A stretch of DNA of 63,737 bases, counting the filler, from Folioceros fuciformis (taxonomy: Eukaryota): NCBI GenBank assembly GCA_049999805.1. It is 9 parts of 9 records of this genome, joined end to end, with 100 filler letters (N's around TTAATTAATTAA, not from the genome) between each part and the next. Parts side by side here need not be neighbours in the genome. Positions count along the whole stretch, not along the records: positions 34,026 to 38,532 come from JBNGIO010003363.1; positions 38,633 to 58,538 come from JBNGIO010003364.1; 7 more parts are not named here. The stretch is one strand, 5' to 3'. Each line of letters opens with the position of its first letter. Within the stretch, counting starts at the first letter, position 1. Below, in pieces: positions 37,001 to 50,321 of the stretch. The translations under genes and the position numbers were made by a program. Below the pieces are notes generated by a model. That model had not been told where the DNA came from, searched no databases, and saw only the letters and a list, made by a program, of their open reading frames with translations.

Positions 37001-38532
37001 TATGTTTGGGGAGAAAGCATTTTGGTTAAAAGCTTGTAACCAAAAAAAAAGTGAAAGACAAACTGCCGCGTTTCCAATTGAGAATTCCATAAGCTATGGA
37101 CAGCGATGATGGCGAGGAGGAGAACGACCCTTCAACAGGTACCAACAATGATATTGACTCCGACGAGAAGCATGTTGTAAAGGAGTAGCACTCATGCACA
37201 ATAGAGGAGAAGTGGAGAGAGAATGGGTTGGTGGAATCATACATGCAATATGGAGAAGCGGAAATAGGAGGGTCTGCTATGCTCTCCAAGACCATGTGCA
37301 TGGAGTGAGGAGACTATTCGGCACTCTTAACCCTAGTCATTGTGATCTTCTTTCCAACATTAACAGAAGAGGCATGTAGCTTAGAAGGGCTGATAAGTTG
37401 CAGCACTAGACACCCCTGATGATTATGTGAAAGTGGTGGCCACACCCCCAATTTTACCCTAAACCAAACAAATAAAGTTGCCAACAACGGAAGGTCTCCT
37501 TCTTGTGAAGTGGGTGGAAGGTTTAGTTGGGCCAAAAGTAGGAATCTGCAAGCAAGACGCACCAACAGTGCATGCTTATTAGCCTTGTGAAGGTGTCCTC
37601 CTTCACTTCTTGTTGGCAAGAACTGCAAGCAAGCTCAGCAAACCGTACTTACATGTTGTTGCCACGGTAGCAATCCTTTTTGCGAGAATCATGCTTTGTG
37701 TTGAACTTTAAATGGTGGAGTTTAGTCTATGCCTTTAATTTTTCCACTATGCTGGCCTTGAGTCTTTGTTTGTTCAAAGCTTTTACCTTTTTGTCTAGTT
37801 TGCCATGCACATGGGCATCATATGAATGATTCCAACAGGTGCCACTAAGGTGGACACCCTGTTTGTGACCATGCTAGTTGCTCGCACCTCATGTCTTGTT
37901 AGTGGGTACTATTATTTTGATCCTAAATTTATGAAAACACCTCTAAACAACCCAATGGGTGCCCAAGTTCTACAACCCTTGTGCGTATAACATTAGCAAA
38001 ATACCGTCCAAGTGTGCTTAAACCCTTCAAATGAATTGGTATTGCAACTACAATTTGCAAGATCATATGCAAGGCAATTTGCAACCATAATGTATAAGGC
38101 AACCAACAACTACAATATGCAAGACCATCTGTCAGGCAATTTGTAGCTGTCATCTTCAACTACAATATATAATTGCTTTCTCAAAGCAATTTGCAGCTAC
38201 AATAGACAATCACACTTAACAACTGTAGACTCTAAGGCCATATGCAAGGCCAATTACAATGCACTTAGAAATGACTATAGCAAAAAACTCCAAGTAATGC
38301 TTGCATTTGCTGAATTAAACCTTCCACTTGCACTCTCTCCACTCATTCCCTCAGCTCCGATAGTAGCTTGTTAGTAATTTGGTTTGCATGAGGTGAGAAA
38401 AAATTGTCTAAACCTTAGTGTGGAGTCCACATGACGAACAGATTCCCTGGAAAATGGTAGTGTTTGTTTTTTTTTGGGTTTTCTCATTGAATTTCGTAGA
38501 GAAGTGGTTAGGAGATTAGGCTAGATTAGAGG
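34026..38532. repeat. AT-rich, probably TE-derived scaffold with short tandem duplications (~34524-34600, ~34788-34878, ~35930-35998)
   Basis: Adjacent direct duplications of ~25-38 bp visible; no recognisable intact gene. Confidence 0.5.
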
Positions 38533-39049
38533 NNNNNNNNNNNNNNNNNNNNNNNNNNNNNNNNNNNNNNNNNNNNTTAATTAATTAANNNNNNNNNNNN
38601 NNNNNNNNNNNNNNNNNNNNNNNNNNNNNNNNCAATTTTCCTCCTCTGTCCCCCCCACCCCTTCTCTTTTGCCCCTTTTTTTTCAACAACTGGTATCCCT
38701 ATTTTTGGGGTGTGACAACATGTCCTAGATACCCCCCTTCGGTGGACCTCTCTGTCACTTCGTTTCCTCCATGCCTTCACCCTTCTCTTTTCTTCCCATT
38801 CGTTTTTTTTTTCTATTTTATTTTATATTCGAAAGATCCTTCAAGTATTACCTGTCTTCTTGTCAGTTTATTAAAAAAATAAAATATATTTAAAGGTAAA
38901 AAAAAGATAAATTTGAAAGGTGAAATGAAAGACATGAAGTAGATGAAGTGGATGTATGTATTGTATACTAAGTGGAGTGAATAACTAAATACAGTGTCTC
39001 GTTTCTGGAATACCAAGTGGAACATGGTTATATATTGATGTTTTTTTTT

Positions 39050-39760
39050 AATACGTATTTTCTATGCAAATATATAGTAGCATCTAGGGAATATTCCTAT
39101 ACTCAACCTAGCCACCTCATTGAACTTCTATAGAATATATAGTAGCATCTATGAAATATTCCTATACTCAACCTAGCCACCTCATTGAACTTCGTATGTG
39201 GACCAAAAGGGACACATCCTTTGTTCTTTATTTCGATTCATACACACAGTGTTTTAAGATTCATCCTAATGGACACAGACAGTGTTTTAAGATTGGTTTC
39301 GATTGACATGGCTGTGAGGGTCCCGATTAATACTGCCGTGAGTGAGGGCTCCCGATTGCTGCCTCCCACTCTTGCATGCTACCTTGCCTCCGTTGCTGCC
39401 TCTTGCTCATGCACTTTGCCCTTGTTCTGCCGTGGGTGGGACCTCGCTCCTGTCCAAATCAATCGTAGTAGGACACAAAATAGATGTCCAGATAAGGACA
39501 CCTACTTTATGCGCTATGATCGAAGCGGGCACATTTGTTATGTCCAAAAGCTCTTGCGCGTTGCCCTGTTCTGCCGCAGGTGGCACCTCGCTCCTGTCCA
39601 AATCAGTCGTAGTAGGACACAAAGTAGATGTCCGGATAGGTACACCTACTTTATGCGCTACGATCGAAGCGGGCACATCTGTTATGTCCAAAATGTTTGG
39701 ACCGTATATCGTTGCCCTAAAGTTTGTGTGAAAGAGCCCTGACCGTATTGGTATTCCATA
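39050..39760. mobile_element. Non-autonomous repeat related to 46413-46915, with internal tandem duplications (~63 bp at 39070-39193; ~145 bp at 39415-39693)
   Basis: Shares the AATACGTATT..GCATCTA.GGAATATTCCT.TACTC and GTGAAAGA.CCC..CCGTATTGGTATTCCATA blocks with the 46.4-kb element. Confidence 0.6.
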
Positions 39761-40620
39761 CTCGTCTGGCCTTATATGGATGTACCAATGTACTTGGGCG
39801 AAACCTTGTTCTTTGCATAAGCCTTCCTTTGTTCGGTTAAATAATGTATGTTCAGTAAGTTGGAAGACGAGGAAGGAGGAGGAGGAAACGGGGAAGAATT
39901 TTATTAAAGTACAGGACCAAGGCATGAAATTATCACCTTGTCTAGGCTAGCTACACAGGCAACGCACCCACAAACGATAACGATTGTAACGTCCCGCGGG
40001 TCGTGAGAAAAATAATAGGTGACAGGGCAGGGATACGCTGTCCCGTCCCGCACGGAACAGGGAGCACAGGCTGGCAATGGCATGCATGTCCTGTATGTAT
40101 TTGGGGAACGATTGGATGCGCGACGGGCGCGCGCCATTACGCGCCACACTTGCTTTTGTGCAACACGGTAAGTCAACGAATGCCTCTCCGTGCGTTTCCT
40201 GTGTGAATGTGGAATTAAAGAAATCCGGTTTTTCTGTCCACGCGCGCCATGCTACGGGACGGGACTCGCCTCCGCCGGCTGCCGAGACTGGGCGCGGGCG
40301 GGGCGAGGGCGACAAGCGACAACGTGATGCGCGAGCGGCCCGCGGGGACATCCGGTTTTGGGAAGCCCGTGGCAGTGGCGTGGTACAGCGCGCGGGAGAG
40401 CGGCAGCGAAGTAGGGGAGCTTCCATCAGATGTCAGATGCAAGCCCCAAGGACGCTCTCTGACTCCGCCTGTGCGCTAGAGCTCTTTCTTTACTTGCATT
40501 TGCGTCGGGCTGCCCTGTCCACCTCCTCCTCCTGTCCTGGCGTGTCCTTCGATGAGAATGTCACGCATCCGCCAATCCCGATGCCGGGCCCGATCCCGGC
40601 CGTTCTCGCCTCGCTACGCC

Positions 40621-41477
40621 ATGTTAGGCTTGGCTAGGATGTGCCGCTGCACGGCAGCTGCATGTGGCGCTCATCAGTCTCTGCAGCATGCGGAATTGAT
40701 GGCCCAGCAAAGATCTGATGGAAACCTGCTCAACAGGTGGCACGTTGGGTTTGCTTCTATTTGCTGGCCGGGATGAAAAATCTCGGTGTGTAGCACGGCT
40801 TCTTGGATCTGACATGCTTCAAGCCTTCCAGGGATGCACTCATGTGGAGTTTCAACATCATGCCAGGACAGATCGGATGGCGTGATATCAGCGCACTGAC
40901 GCTCTTTGTCTGCAACCTCGTGAGAAGCCAGAGAGAGGACGGGTCGTGTGTGGAGAAGCCCTCCACAAGTGCAGAGCGGCCACAGTCTGTCACGGCGTTT
41001 GCCTGTGGACTGCGCTTTAGTGCAGAGGCTAGCATCACTCAGGAGAAAGTATGTATGTACGCTCGAATCACAGTAGGAACCTTGAGACCGCCGGAGAGGG
41101 CAGGAAGAGGACATGCAGGATGTCCTTGAGGTGAGGCTGATGTGAACTCCAGTGGTGAGGGAGCTGCATAGACAGCTCACGCCGGGGACACTGTGTGTGG
41201 ATTATGTACATCCATGCTCACTCAAAAGTACGTGATGCTGAATCATCCTGATTTAACAGACCAGCCACTTGTGATCATCACTGTTTCTGCTTCCCGATCA
41301 CATGGAAACAGGAATGACACTGACCAGTTGCACACAGACTCTGTGCTGATCTCAGTCCAAGCAATTGAACTAGAGAACGGACACTATGAAAACAACGTGT
41401 GTCTCGTTGTCCATTCTCAGCAAAGTTGCATACCACCGGAGACCAGCAGAACGATCTGGAACTGTGGAGGCCAATAA
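40621..41477 (+). pseudogene. Possible small spliced gene or pseudogene of unknown family
   Basis: GT-AG-bounded blocks can be joined in frame (..SITQEK/DVLEVRLM*TPVV..CSLK/IQAIELENG..), but the join includes an internal TGA at ~41143 and no family is recognised. Confidence 0.25.
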
Positions 41478-41961
41478 TGCTTTCGAGACAGTGACTTGCA
41501 AAGGCTCTTCGCCCATGTTCTTGGATCATTTTACAGGTCAGCTTATCTTCGTATCCGTCTTCGGTGGTGGTAGCTGTCTCCAGCACCAAATTGGATAGGG
41601 ATTGTTTGACGGGCTGTGGGATATGGTCTGTGACAACGATGCACAAAGAATGGACAGACCTACTCATGTTCCTTTCCCTTTACTGTAGTTGCAAATGTAT
41701 CCTTGGGAAGGAATGATGTGTGTATCTCTTTTCTTTGACTTCAGCTGTGCCACCTGCTATCAACCTGCATAGGTGGCATCTGATGTGATCCTACCTACAG
41801 TCTCAATTGTGACATCCACCTGCCTCTAGAAGGGAATAGTGTTTTACCTCTACTACTCCGAATGGATTCTCAGGAAAAATAGTGCAAAGTTTCACTACAT
41901 GTTCCTCTGATCTTACACGTGCCACGGACCTGGATTGAGATTTGAGTCCCACCACCTAAAT

Positions 41962-44900
41962 CTAAACAGGCTTCCAGCAACTAAGCTTAGAATGGTCTAT
42001 TATACGTTCACCCTTCTTGTTCATCAAAATCAGATCCTCAAACTCCGCATTCCATTTCACATCGTCATCAGCCACACAGTAGTGTTGCACATGAAAGATA
42101 GACTGCATGGTCGATCGTTCAATTCCAACCTGAAAACGGATGCGGATGACCAGTTCAGTTTCCCCCCAAACTCAGGCAATGACTTTTCACACTTTCAAGT
42201 CACCAAAAATAATAATAAGGCAGGGGACCCGAAAGAATAACCCTCTTACCACACTGAGCACAAAAATGGCGTCCTCCTTATCCAGCATGGCGGGCGATCG
42301 TCCATAGAGCGGACTGGACTCATCGATCACATGACGCACCGTCATGCCGAAATGCAAGTACGAAATCTCTGGTCGTATCTGAGTTGCCCCATTATACATC
42401 TATCAAAGGCGGCTTCAGTGTCTGCATAAGCCAAAGCACTGAAGCCGTATCTATGGAAATGTACACCAGTCCCTTATTTGGAGATGGACCTACCAGTTTC
42501 AGAGACTGCATGGATCGGAAATAGCTTCCGCTTCGCGTCACCGTGTTGTATCTGTAAGAGAGATCGACCTTCACATCTACAAGTTCACATGGTTGTGGTC
42601 CAGCTAGCACGTATCTGGCCATCAGCACACTGAAAATGCAACGTGTGAGTGTCACTGGTAACGCATTTGGATGCCATTCATCACCTTCACAACGGACGAG
42701 ACGGGAGCACTCACTTGTACAGCTGCGATTTCTGCCTCTTTTTCTGTTGTACTGCAGGGCAGACGAGAGCCACAGTCGAGCATTTCACCGGCTGGGATGG
42801 CTGCGATAGGCGCGCAAATACTGCACGCAAGAAAGGACGACATCTGAGGAAGGTTTAGGGCTTAGGGTTTGGGGTCACCATCGCAAGCATGGTGAAATCA
42901 GAGCTGAGGTGATGCGTACCTGCACCACTCAAGAAGACGAACACAAGTTGGCCCACCAACGCATTGATGTTGGCAACCACGAGGGTGTACGGTGACAGAG
43001 GCGCTAACTCAGGCTGCAGCCCAGTTGATAGGGAGAGGCTGAACATGAATACTTGAAACAGAGTTTCCCATGAGACCTGGAGTGAGATAGAGTCTTCCGA
43101 AAGGTGCAGAAACTGCCTTGCCGTTTCATCCACTGCCAAGCCTCCGAATTCGGGCAGATATAGGACGGTGAAGATCATACTGACAAAAATGGGTGCAGTG
43201 AACATGCCAACCGCAAATTCTAAAGGCGGCCATCTTAACATGGATACATAAAAGTCGTGCATCATGGTCAGNNNNNNNNNNNNNNNNNNNNNNNNNNNNN
43301 NNNNNNNNNNNNNNNNNNNNNNNNNNNNNNNNNNNNNNNNNNNNNNNNNNNNNNNNNNNNNNNNNNNNNNNATGGTCAGGAGCCCATGATCCTGTTGCAG
43401 GACCTGAAAGTTCTGAAAGCCTCGCAGGCCACGATATTCTGGGTCATCCGCCCTTGTGAAAGCCGTGAACTCGTCATCACTGTCACTACTCTCGTTGTCC
43501 AGCGTCAAGAAGTCGGTAACTTTGCTCGTCACCTGTGCAGCAGCGACTGTCACCTGCCCAGCAGTGGAGCTAACTTGGTCGACCACCTGGCCAGCCTGCT
43601 CAACCACAGCATCAGGTAGAACTTCAGCAACTTGGTCCACCACCTGTTGCCCAGTCTTTACAACCTTGTCTGCAACGACAGCTATTATTTGAGGGAGAAA
43701 GGGGGTGGCCACTGCCACAGCCTCATCAGTATCATCTGAAAGTACCTGATCGCCTCTGGCCTCGCCGACTTGTTGCGGGATAGGAACTGTTGTCCCCATT
43801 CCACCATGCAGTTCATCCTCTGGACTATGCTCCGTGCATGATCCCATACTGCCGTTCAGAGGCTGACTGGTTGAAGCAGAATCGGGATGTCGATGACTAT
43901 GAACCATCACCTCTTCCGTGAGTGGCAACGTTGATGCTGATGCAACTTCCTGCGCTACCCCATCCATGTCCTTTGCTGCACCATTATCAGTAGAATTGGC
44001 TGGTCGCTCGGCGTCATAAGGAGGCAGCCGGATTTCTGAATTGACCGGTGTGGCTTCCCTCGAACTTCCTGCTGATGCCTCACCATTAGCTGCACGTACT
44101 ATGGCCCCCACCCCGTGCAAGGGTTCACCAGCTCCCACAGCAGTATCATCTGGAGTGCCCTCATTTTCCACCACAGACTCCGAGGTATGTTCCTCGGTTG
44201 ACGCGTTCAGATGCAGCCTTTTCAGACTCTTCCTACGTTTTGATTTGAAGGACTGCCTGCGCTGCTGCATTTGCGTTTGCTGCAACGCAACCTTGTCTGC
44301 CCGCAGAACTTCATCCTTTGAACTTTCATCTGCACGTGCATAACTCGGATCGGCATCTCCTTTCTTTGTATCATCTTCCTGGGAAACATTGCTGACATCT
44401 CCTTCACCTTGCCAGGACTTACCATTTCTCCCAGTCACACCAAGACCCGCGGTTCCTGAACATGGAGCATCCCCAGTCACTTCACCCGCAGGACGACGTC
44501 CGGTGATTTCCTCGAACTGCTCAATATGCCCATCGTGACAGTTCTCATCAACACACTCGTCTTCGATCTCCTCAGTCCCATCGCCATCCTGTCGTCCAGA
44601 CAAGCAACCACAGGACACCCAAATCAGCCTTCTCCTTCACATTTCAAATCCTTACCCCTCACCAACCCCAAGAAACCAGGCTTTAAACAGACCCCATCAA
44701 CCTTAGCACTGTCCCCCTCGCCTTCATTGTCCCGTCGTGGCGGCGTTCGAGTCCTCCTTGACTTCCTTGATGCATTAGCACCGTGCACCGCTCCTGCAGT
44801 CCTGCCCAATCCCGCTTGAGCCACAACCACAACCTGGCCCAGACATGTGTTCGTCGAAGGAAGGACACACCATCTCCCTTGTCCTCTCCACTTCAGCACA

Positions 44901-44974
44901 CCATTGTCAGATCCCACCTTACAAACCCAACACCCTGCCTTCCCCAGCCCCGGCACAGCAACCACTGCAGACAT
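41962..44974 (-). CDS. Inward-rectifier (Kir/KirBac-like) channel with non-canonical pore; exons ~44974-44663, 44588-42920, 42820-42715, 42629-42494, 42378-42250, 42129-41962
   Basis: Slide helix HDFYVSMLRWP, two TM helices, VFARLSQP, MTVRHVIDESSPLYG, VGIERSTMQSIFHVQHY and VKWNAEFEDL..IDHSKL. All introns are GT-AG and frame-preserving; the first exon is less certain. Confidence 0.85.
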
Positions 44975-46412
44975 GGAATAGCCCCCTCCCACACGAGTTT
45001 TCAGCCAATCGTCCGCTCTTGATTGCCACCCAGCGTCTGACCATAGACAGTGAGCATCAATTCCTCATAACTGTGCAGAATGCAGAGACTTGGACGTTTC
45101 CACCTGTGCTCAATCCAGGCCATGAGGCCACAGAAAATCCCGTTCTGCCCACAGCACAACGGTCAGAAATGGCGGGCACCCCATGCCCTTGGAGAGAATT
45201 CGAACTGGAGTGCGGACTCCGTTGGGTTCTGCCGAGTTGGCATCTGGCGCTCCGATCCTTCTCGTATGTGATTCCATTGAAGCACGATCACCATTTTCAT
45301 GTGTCCTGCTCCAAGTTCACGGTCTGCGTGGCCACATTTGTCAACAATGGAGGCATCCACGACACCTCCAGTCAGTCCAGTCCGGCGTCTGGTCAAGACG
45401 ACTCATCAGTTTTTAAGGGAAATGGACACGCGGGCTGGACTGTAGCGATGCCTTGTCCACCTGCGTGTACATGCATGTATGTATGGTGCGCACTCGCCAA
45501 ACCCAAAAATAAAAAATGAAACACCTATTACTCCGTTGATGGAACTACTGTACTGTACTAGTATAACGAGGGACTCGCTCGCGTAGAAGCTGGTTAGTGC
45601 GGGAATGGGGAGGCTGTTCGTACCACTGTCATGGAATTCTCTTTCACAAATTCTTAAACAATTATTCATTTTAATTCCTTTTATAAATTAAGCTTTTTTA
45701 AGGTAGAATAAGAAATCTTTGTCGGCTAGCACGCGTAAAACTTCTTTGTATGACATCCACTCAAGTAGATTCCATTCATTGCTAGGCCTTCCTTTCCAAC
45801 CCTTAGCCACCAAACCAGCCATTAAATGCGATACAAACACGAGTCTAACTAATGCTGGTATCTCAAATAACAATGTATTTGTATCACAAAGACTCACTAT
45901 AGTACGCCACTACTTGGAGCTTCTACAGCCACTGTTTGGAGCTTCTACAGCCACTGCTTGGAGCTTCTACAAGAAGTGTTGTGCCTTCCTCTTTGCAGGA
46001 TGAGTCATTGCTTATGGAGCTAAGTGTAGTGGGCATGGGGCTATGTGAGGTTAGTAAGTGTCTTGGAAGTTGCACATCTTAGAATTGTAAGATACGTCCC
46101 CAAATTTCTGCAAACAAGGACTTCTCATATTCAGCCCATGTTCTTAGGTTTGAACACTCATTTTTGCAAACAAGAACTTCTCACTATTTGGGACAATCCC
46201 CATAAGTTTGAACCCTCATTTCAATGGATGTTGTATTGATAACTAAGTCTTGCACACTTGACCTTCTTAGTTTGAAACCTCATTTCCTTGGATGCTCTTC
46301 TATGCAAGATGCTACTACTTATAACCAAGCCTTGTACGTTGATGAGATGGCTTTGAAGAGGTGTTGCTTATGGAATATTGATGCGGACTATAGACTCATG
46401 TTCTTTTGTTGG

Positions 46413-46915
46413 AATACGTATTAAATACTCGAATATTCCATGGCATCTAAGGAATATTCCTTTACTCTACTTAGCCTATCCTAAAATTTTTGTGAAAGAA
46501 CCCCTATCCGTATTGGTATTCCATAGTTGCTCCCTCCCTACTAGACTTGAACTCCCTTAGAGTTGTTGTTGATGAACTACCTTTGAATGATACTAACACG
46601 TGTTGCTCCCTACTACCTTATCTTTCGCAAGGTTTGTCCATCGCTATGTTTTGCCCTCATTGTATGGATACGAACAGGGTTCTTTCAGAGATCGATTCTT
46701 TAAAGACACTCTATATGAAGTGAAATGAAGTCCGTTTCGGTCCACAAAGAGGTTAGAGATATGTAAATTGTTTTTTTCTATACGGTGTATACTAGAGTTA
46801 GATATGTAAATTGTTTTTTTCTATACGGTGTATACTAGAGTTAGATGACGCTTGAGGTAAAGTAGAGGAATATTCTTTAAATGCTATGGAATATTTGAGT
46901 AGAAAATACGTATTA
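46413..46915. mobile_element. MITE-like element with imperfect ~55-bp terminal inverted repeats and an internal ~44-bp tandem duplication
   Basis: Left end AATACGTATTAAATACTCGAATATTCCATGGCATCTAAGGAATATTCCTTTACT versus the reverse complement of the right end AATACGTATTTTCTACTCAAATATTCCATAGCATTTAAAGAATATTCCTCTACT. Confidence 0.6.
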
Positions 46916-48113
46916 AAAAAAAGAAAGTGAATCTGTAGTGCCTGTATTCGGTATTCCATAATGCACTACCACGACTTGCTGCAAAAATGGAGTCAGTGTT
47001 GAAAATCTAATCTAAAATAATTTGCCGAGGTAAGGGACTCATTGAATTGAATTGCATTGCATTGCGATTCAGACTTGTCCCGACCACGACTACCTAAGCA
47101 CAACACAACAGCAACATCGCAAGCGGAAAGAAACCCTACGCCTCATCCCAAAATGTTACTCTGACGCTCACGCTCACGCTCACGCTCGCCCTAATCAGGG
47201 CCGTCCTCCAAGGAGGAGATCACGGTTTCTAGAAACTCTACATCTGAAGGACACATCCGAAACCGACAACTCATGCCACCGATCCGGCAGCGTTGGAATT
47301 TGGAAATACATACATACCACGCGTCAGAAATTTCAGTGTGTGCGGAGAGGCAGCAAATCCAATGTCCAATGAATGGCTTGAAATGAACGCTGTCAGAGAG
47401 GAGGCTCCAGCTGTTTAGCAGGATTGTGCGAACTGGAAGTGTCTGCCAGCGAAAAGTGGGAAGTAAGTACTGCACAGTAATAAGTGTGTTGTACAAGGAT
47501 ATTTTGTTCAAGGCCTGGCCTCTGTTCTGGGGAAGATCCAGGCCGCCAGGACTGCCAGTGTCTGCGTGGTATGTGTATGTACACACATTGCCAAGGTCTG
47601 TAGGAATACCACCGACCGTATGGCCGGCCCGCCGTGATTTGTTCTTGATGACTTAATTCATTGTGGGCCCCACCTGAATACTCAGGCTTCCCATTCCCAT
47701 CCCCTTCCCCAGACCTTGGTGCCTGGAGGCAGCCCGCGCTCCATCTTGGTCGGGCCTGGCGCGTGGAAATCCTTAAGAATTCGTTTTGGGATAGGATACC
47801 CCGCCACACCGGCCCAGGGAGGGGATCGTATCTCCAATCTCTTTTGGGATCGGTGGATGGAGGTTCAGCTGGGCGGAGGCGGAGGTCTGTGAATGAGTCC
47901 GCGCAGTAGCAGTCTTGACTGGCTCACAGACTGGGGGGCGAGTTTTGTGTTAGTGTCGGATGTGCAGGCAGCTGCTATCTCGCCACCGCTGAGATTTCTT
48001 GGACATGAATAAAAGGTGCAAGATTCCAATGGTTTGGGTGGGTGAGAGATTTGCCTAGGCCGGATAACCTTCTCCCGCCCGGAAGGGCAACAATAATACC
48101 GCGCTTTTCTCTC

Positions 48114-50321
48114 ATGCCTGGATCTCCACGTCCTCGTCGAAGAAATCTTGCCAAGTTGACCACGAGTTGGACTTTTGGAGGTACCAGGTGGTGCGCGGCA
48201 TGACGTTTTTAGCATCATTTTCAAGTTCCCACTCTTCTTCTGCTGCATGTGTACAGAGATGGAGTACGGTGTGTCAAGACCCAGATCCCAGCTGGTGGTG
48301 AAGGTCGTTGTGGGCGCCTCTCTCTTTGCTTTATTCCTGGTGCTCTTCCGGAAGTCTCCCACTTATAGCATTCCGGAAGCGGTATGTGTTGCTTGTGTGG
48401 TATCTGACTGCATGACGCGTGATGTGATGCCGGATGTGACGTTGTTTCTTTTTCTGTCGAGACGTGGTTTTGAGACGAGGCTGCGCGCAGAAGTTCAGAC
48501 AGCAGAGTGGAATGGAACTACAACATGTGTTGGTGACTGGAGGAGCTGGGTACATAGGGTCACACGCTGCGCTACGGTTGTTGGAGGATGGGTATCGCGT
48601 CACGGTGGTGGTGTGTTTCTGTTTCCGTGCTTCGCTTCTCAAGTTTGTGTCTTTCTGTGGTGCTGTTTGTCGTCGGTGGAAGTGTCAGTGTAAGTGTGAG
48701 TTGCGCATTTGTGTGCGAATTGCACAGGACAATTTGTCTCGGGGCAACCTGGGTGCAGTAGAGGTTTTGCAGAGGCTTTTTCCAGAGCCAGGAAGGCTGC
48801 AGTTTATCGTGGCAGATCTTGGGGACAGTGCTGCTGTATCCTTTTTTGTGCTCATGGCATGCTCTGCATGTCATTCTACTGTGAGCTAGAAGCGGAAACT
48901 TGCGCCTGGTTGGTTGCCTGAGCACCAGTGAGACAGATAAATGCTATGTTCGATCAGAATACATTCGACATGGTCTTCCACTTTGCAGCCGTGGCCTATG
49001 TGGGAGAAAGTGTAGCTGAGCCCCTCCGGTGCGCCTTCCAAAGTTTTCTTCAAGTTATTAGGGTTTTGTGTCAGGAATGTTGCTGAGAAGGTTCAGGTTA
49101 CGGTTACGGGGTCTAGCAGGTGATGTCCGTGTGTAAATTCTAACAGGTATTACCACAACATCACAACCAACACTTTGTTGTTGTTAGAGGCTATGAAGGC
49201 GCACCAAGTGACTAATTTAATTTATTCTAGTACCTGTGCAACCTACGGGGAGCCTAGTGAAATGCCTATTACAGAAGACACCCCACAGGTTACTCACCTA
49301 CGAAGAGCCATTTCTCCACAGACCATCTGATTTGGTGCAGGTGTTGGTGATGCTGTTGGTGTTGGTGTTGTTGTTGCTGTCGGTGTTGATGGGTTGACGT
49401 TAGCCCCTATGACCTTGTTTGCAGGTTCCCATCAACCCTTATGGAAAGGCGAAGAAGATGGCAGAAGATATCATTAAAGACTACGCAAGGAATGGACACC
49501 TAGCAGTAACTATACTCAGGTTAGGGCAGAGGTGGGGGATATTAGCCCACAGGTTCAATCTTCTGCTCTCTTGTCTCTGCAGATTTGAGTTTTTCCAAAC
49601 CACGCCTCGTTCCACATGTGCAGATATTTCAATGTCATTGGCTCAGACCCGAAAGGAAGGCTTGGAGAAGCACCAAGGCCTGAACTGCGTGCTCATGGTC
49701 GCATCTCTGGGGCTTGCTTTGATGCTGCCATGGGCTTGATTCCAGGGCTGACGGTAACATACAGCCTCATGTTTTTCTTTTCGTTACAATCATGTGGTAG
49801 CTTCTTACAACTCTCATTCCCGGTGCACCAGGTGAAGGGAACTAACTATACCACCAAGGATGGTTCCTGCATACGCGACTATATACACGTCACAGATTTG
49901 GTTGACGCCCATGTGAAAGCCATGTCAAGGGTAACTACGGAAGAAGTACAGGTATACAACGTGGGCACTGGCAAAGGTACTGCTTCTGCACATTGGTCCC
50001 TGGTTTCTACAGGTCCTGTAAGCTTGCTTCGGTGTTACGCACTTTCCTGGACAAATGAGACTTGTTCTCTTGGTGTCGGCAGGAAGTTCCGTGAAGGAGT
50101 TTGTTGAGGCGTGTAAGGCTGCAACTGGTAAAAACATCGCAGTTTTTTATGAAGAAAGGCGACCTGGAGATTATGCCGAAGTATATAGTAATCCTTCAAA
50201 AATTATGACGGAGCTTGGATGGTCCGCACAGCATACCGACCTTCAGGACAGTTTGAGGATGGCGTGGAAGTGGAGAAGGGCTCACCCTGGTGGATATTCC
50301 GATTCCGGTCTACATGGTTGA
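48114..50321 (+). CDS. MUR4: UDP-arabinose (UDP-xylose) 4-epimerase, Golgi type II membrane SDR, multi-exon
   Basis: N-terminal TM helix, [61 protein letters not shown] (YxxxK) and [21 protein letters not shown]. Exon 1 (48114-48180) splices in frame to 48257. Confidence 0.93.

Noticed and set aside
39185-39925. ORFs with an internal repeated peptide
   Set aside because: Translation of a ~145-bp DNA tandem duplication within a repeat element.
42851-42873. Telomere-like TTTAGGG/CTTAGGG run
   Set aside because: Only about three imperfect units inside an intron; too short to call.
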